The notes below the pieces were generated by a model. It was not told the DNA's origin. It did no database searches and worked only from the letters and a program-made list of their open reading frames with translations. Shown one piece after another: positions 25,874-37,210 of a stretch of DNA of 64,000 nt; the stretch's first letter is position 1; each line of letters begins with the position of its first letter. The stretch is from Geosiphon pyriformis uo1 (lineage: Eukaryota; Fungi; Glomeromycota). The position numbers and the translations under genes were made by a program. The stretch lies in contig JAAOMT010000134.1 in the NCBI GenBank assembly GCA_016748015.1, positions 1,122,757 through 1,186,756 on the forward strand, in the 5' to 3' direction.

Positions 25874-27249
25874 ATGAACACACAAAAATACCAACAACTC
25901 AAACATTATATAGATACTCAACAGTTCAAGGAGAAATTATCTCAATCAGAATGAAATAGTATCAAACAACAATTAAAATACTTTATTAATCACCAAAACA
26001 TACTTTATTAGAAAAATAGACAAAATCCAGATCAACCAACCAGAATAGTTACAAAACCAGAGAAAGAAACAATACTGTTTAATATGCATTCAGATCCAAC
26101 AGCAGGACATTTCCACAAAGAAGCAACCATAGAAAGGACCAAAAAAAAATACTATTGGCCATTAATGTATCCAAACATCATCCAATATGTTCAAAATTGT
26201 GATTCTTGTCAAAGAAGAGGAGGAACAAAACCCAGTGAACTACTAAGACCAATCAAAGTAGGACAACCATTTGATCGCATTGGAATTGACTTAGTCGGAC
26301 CATTAACAATTACCAGTAGAAAAAATAGATATATTGCAGTAGCCATAGACTATCTCATCAAATAGCCAGAAGCAAAAGCAATTCAAAGAGCAGATGCAGA
26401 ATCTATTGCCAAATTCGTTTATCAAGATCTGATTTGTCAACATGAATGTTCAAAAAAATTATTATCAGACCAAGAAACTCACTTTGTAAACAGAACACTA
26501 GCAGAATTGAGCCAAAGATTCAAAATTAAAAGACCACTATCATCATCATATTATCCACAAACAAATGGTTTAGTTGAAAGATTTAATAGAATATTGTGTA
26601 AAGCAATTGCCAAACTCAGTCAAAAAAACCAGAACAAATGGGATTTGTTCATACCATCAGTACTATTTGCTTATCGGACAATGAAGCAAGATACTATACA
26701 AGCAGCACCATTTGAATTAGTATATGGTAGAACAGCAACAATACCAGTTGAGATAGAAGTTAACACATATTCAACTGAACCAATAACAGAAGAGAATTTC
26801 CAGGAAACATTGTTAAAAAGGACATATGACTTAATAGAAACATTAAAAAACAAACGAAAAAGAGCAGCTAATAATATTCAAAAGTCACAAAAGAAACAGA
26901 AAGAAAGACATGATAGTTAACTACCAGACAAACCAGTTGAGTTCAAGATTGGAGACAAAGTACTTTTACATCATACCAAAGCAGAAAAACAATAGAGTAG
27001 AAAATTTGACCCCAAATGAGACAGACCATTTTACATAGAAGAAATTCTAGGAAATAGAGCTTATAAATTAGATTGAACAACAAAATCTTGACCAAAGCAG
27101 TACATGGAGATTGACTAAAATCATATCACAATATAACATCACCATCCACCAGTAATATTTCACAATTAAGAGTACAAAGAATACTAGTCCAACCAGATGA
27201 GATTCCACAAGATCTGGAATCAATCATAATCATGGGACCAAACATATAA
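25874..27249 (+). pseudogene. Gypsy C integrase as a separate ORF
   Basis: MNTQKYQQL starts 61 nt after the RNase H stop. Motifs HSDPTAGHF...CDSC, IGIDLVGP, SDQ and TNGLVERFN. Confidence 0.9.
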
Positions 27250-27279
27250 AATTGAATAATAAAAAGAGTATATAAAGAC

Positions 27280-27938
27280 ATGACAGACGTGACAAAAGAC
27301 TTCAGAAAATAGAAATCACTGACAACATCCACTTATTAGTACAACAACTTTTTTAATTAATCCAACACCAAAAAATAGAGATTACAATTAATCCATAAAC
27401 CATTTGGTACTGAGATACTAGAAAAATATCTCAACACAGAACACAGAAGAAACCAGAAAATATCATTAACAAAGTTATTAAAAAAATAAAAGTAGCAATA
27501 CAAGAGCTGATAGAAGACTCACTATACCAAGAGTTGACCAAAGAAACTTGGAATTGGTGAATACAACAATTTCTGAAAAACTATTGTTATTTCTACTTGG
27601 GAAAACATGTGAACATCTAGAATTTGTATACTGATAAAACAAAGCAGTTGTTCAACACAACAATACTACAACAACTAGAACAATTTGTGGGGAAAAACAA
27701 CTTATCCACACAGGCCCAAGCCATATACCAAATACACACAGCATTTCAGGATCAACCAGAAATTCTACTCAACAAAGCAATGAATGCAATTATCAGTAAT
27801 CAATTGGGAAAGATCACCAATGCCCAATTTAAAGAATTACAGACCCAAATAACACAAATAATTCTCAAAAATGAAATTCAGGAAATACTTCAAGAGGAGG
27901 AATTAAAAGAGCTAGATTTCAATGGAGCTCAATATTAA
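27280..27938 (+). pseudogene. Extra 3' ORF (ORF3) of Gypsy C
   Basis: MTDVTKDFRK...ELDFNGAQY*, 659 nt (one 1-nt deletion relative to copy A). Confidence 0.8.
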
Positions 27939-27948
27939 AAGGAGAGAA
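27937..27948 (+). other. Polypurine tract of Gypsy C
   Basis: AAAAGGAGAGAA ends 3 nt before the LTR. Confidence 0.9.
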
Positions 27949-27951
27949 TAA

Positions 27952-28752
27952 TGTTACTCATAGAATATAGGAAATATATTAGCATATGAAATAGCCAATT
28001 AGAGGTAGCCATAGTAAATGTGAAATTTTAGGATTCCTTGCAAAAGGAATTGCAAGATTCCAAAATTCCAGAATTTCTTGCAAAAAGAATTGCAGGATTC
28101 CAGAAATTCCAAGATTCCTGAGGTGAAGAATCGAGAAATTGAGAAATCTCAATTATGTATATATAGCAGTAGTATTAGAAGTAGAAAAGGCAGAATCCTT
28201 TAGTTAGAAATTTTTCATTCACCAAATATTAAATAAATAAATCATTTACTCTCCAAATTCACTCTTCACTATCAATACTTCATGTTGATAGTAATTGATA
28301 CTTAACTATGCTGGAACAATAGCTCTTGATCATGGCTATTGACGAGATACTAACTTGCACATCACCTTGGCTTATTTCTTTATTTTCTTTTATTTTTCTT
28401 TCTTCTTTGATTTTCTTGTTAAATACTAACTGATTAAGGACTAAAGCACTGAATTACTGACATCAAGGATTGCCTGGTAAAAGACCCCTGTGAGTGAATA
28501 GGACATGTACAGTAGATACAGAATACTTACCAAAGGATTGCTGGCCACTACACTGAGAGAAAAATTGACAGAATTGCAATTCTGAGAAGCTACAGATAAA
28601 ACAATTATTGAATCTCTGTCCATTATACAAAGGACTCCAACAAAACCTTCAGACTACAAAACCTTTAGATTACTATTAAATGCGAACAGCCTTTGAGCAC
28701 CAAGTTATGGGTTTGTTAATTGCCTTAAGACTCCAAGTAATCACTTATAACA
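27952..28752 (+). repeat. 3' LTR of Gypsy C (801 bp)
   Basis: Gapless match to the 5' LTR, ~90% identity by hand count. Confidence 0.97.
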
Positions 28753-28756
28753 TTGG

Positions 28757-31413
28757 TTTATTAGCTTTTTTGATGGCATTCATGAAAGTTGAATTAACAA
28801 GATAATGACAGATTTTGGTCTTTCAAATAGTTATAAGGTGCAGGATGGTTTGGATCAAAGCAAAATTTTTTCCCCACTTCTTTGGAGGATTTTTTATGAT
28901 CCACTTTTGTGTGAAATCAAAAGGCATGAACATTTGTGTGGCTATTATATTGATATCCAGTTTGTAGCTAGGACAGGCAAAGTTAAGGCTGTTGGAAGGA
29001 AGACTTTTTTTTTGGCTGCAGGTGCATTCATTGATAACACAATTTGGGTCAGAAGTAGTCAAGCTTCAACACAGTATATTTTGAATATTGCTAGTGAGTT
29101 CTTCATTATCAATGATATTTCAATTAATAATGACAAAACAGTGACTATTCTCATTAATCAAGGTGTCAAGGATGTCTCACTTTTGATTAATAGTTTGCCA
29201 ATCTCAATTGCTAAGAAGGACAAATCTTATTGGTACTTGGACATATTTCTGTCTACAGAGGATTTTTTTAAGCCCAGTTTGGTTCAGGCTCATAAGAATG
29301 TCAAGTTTTTTTCTAATGTGATGTTAAAAAAGACTATTACAGATAAACAATTTTTTTATTTGGTTTTAGCTGTCTTACAACCCATTGTTGGCTATCAGAT
29401 ACAGTTTAGTTTTGTTTCATTAGGTGTTTGTTATAAATAAGACATTATGATTCAGAAGAGTCTTAAAGCCAAGACTGCTTTGTCATGTGACTTTCCCAAT
29501 AAAGTTTTATATCATTCATCTTTATATGGTTTGAAGCCTTTTAAGCAGATTCAGTCTGAAGGGAAGCTAGCTTCTCTGGTCTTCTTTTCCAATGAATGTG
29601 GTATTTTTGGGTGTCTTTTCGAGCATAAATTCTTGGACTTACAAGTTCTGGAGTGGTCTTTTCTAAACCCTTTGCAGTATCCTGTCAAGTTGTGTGTCAA
29701 TCCTGTAAACAATTTTTTGGCTGGAATTGTAAGAATTTTTTTGGAGAATGAGTTGTCTTTGGTGAACAATCTGCCCAGTGCTTTTTGTGAGTCTTGTAGA
29801 TTTCCAATATCCAATATCTTGGAGAAATTTTTATATTATGACTTTGTTCTTTTTTTGTAGCATTTTGGAGTTGTATTTGGTAACAGACTTCTAGACAAAA
29901 AGAGTGTGGTGATGGATTGGAAAACATTTCAGCAGTGGAAGAAACTGGATCCAAGAGGCCCTGTTTCTTACTGGTTCACATTGGTGTTTAAGTTTATGAA
30001 CAATACTATTGCTCTGGAAACTGGGTCTGCTATCAGTTCTGATTTGCCTGTGTTGGATGTTTTAGATTCCAATGAATTCTTAGATGTGCATAGCAGTTTG
30101 TTGGATGTTTGGTCAGATCATATTGAAATCTATACAGATGGGTCTTTAAAGGGTGCTGGTTCTGCTAAGATAACTTGTAGAGCTGTGGCTTACTTTCCAG
30201 CAGCAAATATGAGCATTAGAATTAGGGTGTTTGGTTTATTGTTTTCTACTTTGGCTGAATTACAGGCCATTGCTTTGGCTTTGGAGTGTGTTCCAGCTTC
30301 ATGTAATGTGGCTTTGTATTCGGACAGTTAATCTGTGATTGATGTCTATGTGTCTGAGACTTCTTTAACTATGCTTGATTTCTGCAGTCAATATTGAATT
30401 GAGTGATTGCATGTTGTTAATTTCATCAAAAAAAGAACATTTCAGTTAAATGGGTGAAGGTTAAAGGACATTCAGGGGTTCTGAACAATATTAAAACTAA
30501 TAAATTAGCCAATAAGGCCACTGCCTTTTCTCTTACTTTGCCAGTTGGAATTTGTGAGTGGTTTTTAGTTGCTAAAGACACTGCTGTGTCTGGTAATGCT
30601 TGTCATTTTGTCCACAATATATACCAATCAATTTGCCATGCTTGTTGGGAGGCTGGTCCTGGTTATAATGTGATTCTGAGTGTTATGCTTAAAGAAGTGG
30701 ATTGGGTTTTGACTCCTGATGTTTGGCATCCCGATTCACACATGCTTTCTAGGTTTATTAGTAGAAAGTCAGCTAATCTGTGCACATATTTAATAAAAGC
30801 AGTGCATAGACAGCTGCCAGTGGTGGTCAAAAAGAGGTTGTATAACAAGAATTATTCTGGGGTTTTGTGTTTGCTGTGCAGAGAGGTGGAGTTGCCTGAT
30901 CATGTTTTTACTTATTCTGGAAACACTGTTTTCTGGAAAGAAATCTTGGTAGAAGCTGCTAATAAGTGGATGTCTTTAACTGGTTCTTCTCACTCATCTG
31001 GCTTAATTGTCTTACATTCACTTTTGTCATGTTCTTTGGATGTGAGTTTATATACTGCAATTTGTAAGGGCTTTGTATTGAGGAGTTGGCTTATTGAAAC
31101 CACTCTGGTTTTTGAGAGTAGAGAAGAGACTGTTCTAGCTTTGATGAGTTTTATTAGGTATGTGGTGGAATTACATCACACTAAGATATGGCTTATTAGA
31201 TCTAAGCATAAAGTGGATATAAAAAAGACTGATTTGGCTAATGATAATGGTATAATATTGGGCTTGTCTCATTATATGGTGTCTTTGTTGTTAAATAAAG
31301 TGGTTTGCATGCTTAGTGTGATAGAGTTTTTCATTGTTAGTTTTGGTAGGCATAGGTTGTGCCATTTTTTCTCTGGTTTGGATAGTGATTTGTATATTAA
31401 GATAGACATGTAG
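28757..31413 (+). pseudogene. LINE ORF2 3' half: RT, RNase H, C-terminal zinc knuckle
   Basis: RT motifs GLDQSKIFSPLLW and AFIDNT (xxDD site). RNase H motifs YTDGS, AELQAI, YSDS and VKGHSG. C-terminal CLLCREVELPDHVF. Confidence 0.93.
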
Positions 31414-31674
31414 TATTACTTTAACTGGCCCAAGTGGCTGGCCACATGTAGAAAGTGTGTGAATTGTATTTAGTTTAATCCACTTAGTTTGGTTCTCTGT
31501 ACTAGATAGCAGTTGGACTTCATTCGTTAAATCTTAATAATAAAAATAAATTTTAGTAAATATAATAATTTTATTAATTTTAAAAAAAAATTTAATTGTT
31601 TTATTAATAATAATAATATAAATATTTATAATTAGTAATTTAATTAATTTATAAATTGTTTAATAATATTATTA

Positions 31675-33960
31675 TTTATTTATTTATTTATTTATTTTTT
31701 TTAACAAGTGAGACCTAAATACTACCTAAACTATGATACCACAGAAGAGATTACATTATAGGCATAAATCATGTATTTTCTACATATGATTAGACACTCA
31801 GCCCAATCAAAGACTTACTATGCTGAATCAAAAGTAGGTAAGAATAACCCCAACCCACGAATTCTCTCAATAATACCATTCAGATTCCTAGAGTCAAAAA
31901 TAAACCCACTAAAAAACAATCTAGTAGACTCAATATTGCCCCTGGTTTCAGCACTAGACATTTGCCACAAAGCAATGACATGCTCAATAGTGTCTTCACT
32001 TAAAAAGGAAGGCTTAGCAGCCAGAACACCATCATAATCCATATCACCAAAGTCAACCTCAGATTTAAGACAAGCAATGTCCTTGGAAACTCTAACCATG
32101 AGGTTAGAAAAATTGTTAGCAGCACTCTTCATGGAAATGATATCTTTCTCGACCTGAACAGCCTTAATGGCATTATCATCAAAAAGACAAGACACCAAAG
32201 CAACCAAAGAACCAACAGGCTTAACAATAGACTTAACCAGAGCAGCCAAATCCGAAATCTGCTTTTCCAAAGAGTTCAACCTGGAACTAACAGCAGGATT
32301 AGCAGCAGAAGTAGCTGAAGAAACCACTAAAGGAGGAAACTCAGAAAGACCAAAAGGAGCAGTAGTCTTGACATATGAAGCAGAACCCACAAAACGAGAC
32401 TTGAAAATCTTGGGAACTTTGAGAGTGAAAGATGAGAAAATCTTGCAATCCATGGCCAGATGGCCCATTTCTTGACACCTAAAGCAGCGCCGGCAGCCAA
32501 GAGTTTCCCACCAGATATGGCATTTCTTTAGAGTACCAGTCTTGATTACAGCAGAATCCAAATCACCTTGAGAATCAAATATAACCAAAGCAAACTGGGA
32601 ACAACAACCAGAATTAGGAAAACAAGGGATGAAACATGTTTGATCACCAATCTGAGAAATCATATTACTGATTTCAAAGGCAGTACAGCCAGAGGAAAGG
32701 TTGACCAATTTGGTCTTAAACTTATCACGAAACAAAATAGTCTCATTTTGATTCACCAGAGGGAAGATTCTAATACTATCCTTGCCTACCAAAACTGACC
32801 AATGCTTCAAGACAGACACAGCAGAGTCTAACTTTTCAAAATAAACTATCACATATTGCCAAATGCCAGCAGGCTTCAACACAACACGAGTGACACTACC
32901 AAACACACTGAGAGCCAACTTAATGTCAGCAGCAGACACACCCAAAGGTACATCACACAGTGCAACAGTAGCAGAAGAGGAACCAGATTCAAAAACCACC
33001 AAAGACTTGGCAATTTTGAGAGTGGCCAAACAAACAGAGCTTGTAAGTTCAACCAGAAATGCAGCTTTCAAAGACTGTTGAAAAGCAAACTCCACACAAA
33101 AAAGCTTCACATTGTCTTTTGAAACAGATTTAGCACCCAAGAAACCATGCACGGACTGAAAAACAGTCTTAATATGAGCCAATTTGATCTTAAAAATAGC
33201 ACCAGGCACCAGAGTGGAGGCCACCCACCCAGCAAACTTTTGACAACTAGTAATAGTTTCCCAAACACCACCAAAAGTAGCACCAAAAACTAGAGGAGAA
33301 GATAAATCAGTTTCCATTTGATCAGCCCAGTTTCCAAAAACAGATGACCCAACAGGAGGAGATTGTTTTGCTTCTAAAACCAGCGATAATCTGCCGGAAA
33401 ACACCACATTTGGCAACACAGCCAGTGGTTGATTTTGGCCCATCTTGGATGACATGCCAGATGATGTTACTAAGATCTCATTGGGAATCACAAAGAGGTT
33501 CGGTGTAACAATAGCAGAGGCAAGCGACTGCTCTTACTTTTCTGAACTTTTGGTCTTTTTGACCATTTTTTTTGAAGAGGTGATGCCAGAAGCACTAGGT
33601 GTTGAGTCTATAAAAAGGAAGACCAGCTTATTTACTGGTCTATTATTAAAAACTTTTGGGCTCTTAGTCAGGGTGAAGACAACACTAGGACTAACCCAAA
33701 TGTGTTTCTTTGAAGAAACTTTGACTGGTAAAAAACCAGCCAAAAATGAAAAAGTTGATTCAGTGGCTACCAAAAGCAGCTTTTCACGATTACTGGGTAA
33801 AGGAAAGGCTTCTAAAACGTTTTGCCTAGTTGCTTCTACAACAGAAAGAGCTCCTCTAATTGAGATTTTATTAGATATCTTAGGACAGATATCAGGTGCA
33901 GTCTTTTTACTCTTTGCTCTGATCATGGTCATAAAATTAAGAAGACAAAGAGTTTTTTAT
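31675..33960 (-). mobile_element. ORF1-only non-autonomous non-LTR retroelement (HAL1-like)
   Basis: A single ORF1-type gene, then a 115-nt 3' UTR homologous to the LINE 3' UTR, then an A7-8(TAAA)n tail. No ORF2 remnant. Confidence 0.8.
31818..33932 (-). pseudogene. LINE-type ORF1 protein (~704 codons, one in-frame stop at 33534-33536)
   Basis: ORFs 33534-33932 and 31818-33491 share a frame. RRM-like segments, CFRCQEMGHLAMDC knuckle and coiled coil RLNSLEKQISDLAALVK; distantly homologous to ORF1 at 13771-15672. Confidence 0.88.
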
Positions 33961-34660
33961 ATTATTTATTAAACTATTATTTAAAGATAAATTTAATAAA
34001 TTAATTAATTATTTTTTGTGTTAATATATATAACTGTAATAAGTATTTTAGTATTTAATACAATTTTATTAAATAACAAAACACTAATTTAAATTTTGTT
34101 AAAATATTGTAGTTAAAGTTTTATTTTTTATAATAGTAATAAATAAAATATTATTGATTAGTAAAAATAGTATTAATTTTTAAGATCTTATAATAACTTT
34201 GTTGATTTAAGTATTATAATTAAAAGTTTTTCAAATTATTGTTTAAATATTAATATAAATAATCAATTGTATCAAATATAAAGTATTTAAAAAAATAAAA
34301 TAGTATTTTATAAAAAATCAATTAAAAATAAATGCATAAACATGTTTATAATAAACAAATATTGGTAATTACTTAAATAAAAAATAATATAAATTTGGCT
34401 GGTTATGCATTAAAAATGCATAATCCACATTTATAATAACTTTATATAACTAAAATAAACAGTAAAAAAACCACACTTTGTAAAAGCAATAAAAAAAAGA
34501 TAAAGTAACAACAATATAAATTTTGTTTTATAGTAATTACTTATCTTCAGGCAAATAAACTAATTCTTTTATAAGGTAAAGCAAAGTAAATTAAGGTAAA
34601 ATTTTAATATACTGTATAGTAGTATAATAATTAAAATCAAATGAATTAAACAATATAAAA
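33960..34660. other. Extremely AT-rich, nearly GC-free tract
   Basis: Direct composition. Similar tracts lie at 13330-13640, 31530-31700 and 36350-37210. Confidence 0.8.
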
Positions 34661-34670
34661 AATAGATAAA

Positions 34671-36200
34671 CTAACCTTTAGAAAAATCAACCATTTGCAA
34701 AGTTAAAACACGACTTGTATAAACTGCTCCTGGATGAATGTTCGTTGTCATTGTTGTCGTTGTTGTTGTTGTTGTTAAATAATTTATTGTCGAGTCGTCA
34801 TTATTTACCATTTCTTTTACGAATTTATCTGATTCTAAAAACTGTACTATATTGGGGCTCTTAATTTTAGCCTGTTCTATCATTGACACTTTCTCGTCCG
34901 TAGAATCCCACTTAAATCGGTCATAAATATTTTGAACATCTGTCAATTTGTATAAAACTTCCTTGGCAGTAGGACGATTCAATGGATTATCATTCCAACA
35001 CTTTTCAATTATTTCGGCAATAAAAGGTGGAATAAGGGGGGAGGTAATTTCAGGTCTAGCACCATTAAATAAAATATCTATCGCTAGAAAGTGGTCATGA
35101 GAACGATCATGAAAAGGAGGCTTTCCCGTTGCTAATTCCCATAATAACATAGCCAAACTATACATATCACCAGCCATTGTAAACTCCTTTCCTTTCAAAA
35201 CTTCTGGTGGAATGTATGGTATCACTCCATATATCTTTTTATCATCTTCTGTTCCTGAGTTTGATGTTGTCGATGATGCTACTTTTCCTGTTGTTGTGTC
35301 TATTGTTGTTGCTTCATTGTTTGTGGGTTGACATAATCCAAGGTCTCCAATACTTACTGTTTTTTTCTTAAATTGTAGGATGTTGCCCGAGTGTAAGTCA
35401 CGATGAACCATACCAGAAGAATGAATTGAGTAAAGCCCATAAAGTATTCTCCATGCGATATCTAATTTATCTTTCCAACTCGTAGAATGAAAATTTGTTG
35501 ACAAATATTTTCGCATGTCCCCATGTTTGGCAAATTCCATCACAATACCATACTCGAGTGTTTCAGCACTTTGCGTAATTCCATAAATTAAAGAAATAGA
35601 ATATGTATCCCAACTCTTATTAAAAATAGCTCTTTGAATATTTAACTAACAATAGTAAATAGGTAATATACAATTAATAAATAAATAAATAATAAGTAAA
35701 TATGAATTAAACATAACTATAAGTAATATTAGTTTGTTTACCTCTTTAAACACTTCTTCACTGTTCTTTTTTATAATTTTTATTGCTACTTCTCTGTCTT
35801 TTCCTTCCCTTTTATATTCCATTTCACCATGATGTTTTAAAGTAAATTTATTAATTAATCCATCAATTAGGGTTGCTTTATAAATTACACCGAAACCTCC
35901 TCTAGCAATTTCCGTTATATTCGATAAACGCTCCCATGGTATCCATTCATGGTTATTAACTTTACCATTAAATTCTCTATATTCATCTTCATTCTTAGGT
36001 GGATTATATAGTGGATTCTTGATTATTTCATCAACTACTTTATTGCCGCTTGAAAAGTCGCAGTAAAGTTTTTCAAAAAATTTGAACTGGCATGCGCTAC
36101 AAACATTATCTACATTCTTTTGGATGCTTTCTTGACAGTTTTCACACTGATTGCAATCATGAGCATATGGAGGAGTTCTTTTAATTTCTTTGTTTTCCAT
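34671..36200 (-). CDS. Tyrosine-kinase-like protein kinase with N-terminal Cys motif (2 exons: 36200-35742, 35645-34671)
   Basis: Motifs IARGGFGVIYKA, VAIK, HRDLHSGN, GDLG, YGVIPYIPPE, DMYS and CWxxxPxxRP; GT-AG intron at 35741-35646. The 3' end could splice further (AAG/GTTAGT). Confidence 0.88.
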
Positions 36201-36349
36201 GATATGAATAAGTGCGGATAAAATCTGAATACGTTATTATTCGAAGAGGCTTTTTTCAAAGCTTTGTTTGATAGTAAGTTTAGAAAGTAATTTTTTAAAA
36301 AGTCGGAATTCATATACTAAGTAGCTACCCAATCACACTATTAATAATA

Positions 36350-37210
36350 ACAAATAAAGCTAAAGTTTAATAATAATTTTTTATTTTGAATATATATATT
36401 TATTTTAGTTTTTTTTGTTTTTAATAATATAGCTTTATTTTATTTTAAAAGATTCTTAATTGGCTAAAAATATTTTAAAATTAATTTTATTTTTTATTAT
36501 TTTATTATTTTATCTTGTTATTAAAATATAACACAATTTTACATAAATTAAATACAATTGTAATTAAGTTTAAAACTTTTTTATATAATATATATTTATT
36601 TTTTTACTTTAAATTAAATATTATCAATTTTTACAAAATTTTACATATATTTAACCAAATTAATAATTATTAAAACCAAATTTTAAATTTGTTTTTTAAA
36701 AAAATATTATTTATTATTTTTATATTAGTTTTAAAACAAAAAAGTGGTTTTACAAATTAAAATCAAATTATTTAAATTTTTATAATTGTAATAATATTAT
36801 ATTTAAGAGTTTTTTATTAAATATAACTTTTTTAAAATACTAATTTTAATAACAATAATAAAATTAATTAAGTGTATTTTTAATAATTTTTTTTATAAAA
36901 TTTAATAAAATTTATAGAAAAAAATCTGTTTTATTAAATATTGACAAACACTATTAATTATCTTATTATAAAACCAAACTTTTTTTAATTTAAAAATACA
37001 ATTTTTAAAATTTTAGAATTTTAAAATAATTAAAATAATATAAAAATTTTGATTTTAATAATAAGTAATAATAATTTTAATGTTGTTGTCCACATTAAAA
37101 TAATAAAAAATGTGTGGGCTGCACTCGTTAATTAATAAAATATAAAAATATAAAAATATAAAAAAAATATAAAAAAAATATAAAAAAAAGTGTTTTTAAA
37201 ATTTTCAAAC
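36350..37210. other. AT-rich boundary tract ending in (TAAAAATA)-like repeats
   Basis: Direct composition. It separates the TE and kinase zone from the gene block. Confidence 0.75.

Larger units (their letters stand above)
17702..28752 (+). mobile_element. Full-length Ty3/Gypsy copy C nested in the LINE RT
   Basis: 801-bp LTR pair, PBS and PPT. Flanks TCAA/TTGG fit a decayed TCGG TSD whose removal restores the LINE frame. Confidence 0.96.
13645..31552 (+). mobile_element. LINE (L1/Tx1-like, APE-RT-RNase H-zinc knuckle), ~6.9 kb after removing nested Gypsy C
   Basis: ORF1 plus ORF2, a 115-nt 3' UTR and a TAATAATAAAAATAA tail. The 5' boundary is approximate because the flank is AT-eroded. Confidence 0.9.

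Noticed and set aside
27280-27938. ORF3 as an envelope gene or chromodomain
   Set aside because: No signal peptide, TM helix or aromatic-cage chromodomain motif.
32167-33972. Plus-strand ORFs opposite the ORF1-only element (and similar antisense ORFs at 13860-14447, 20459-20713)
   Set aside because: Shadow frames of real coding strands with no independent motifs.
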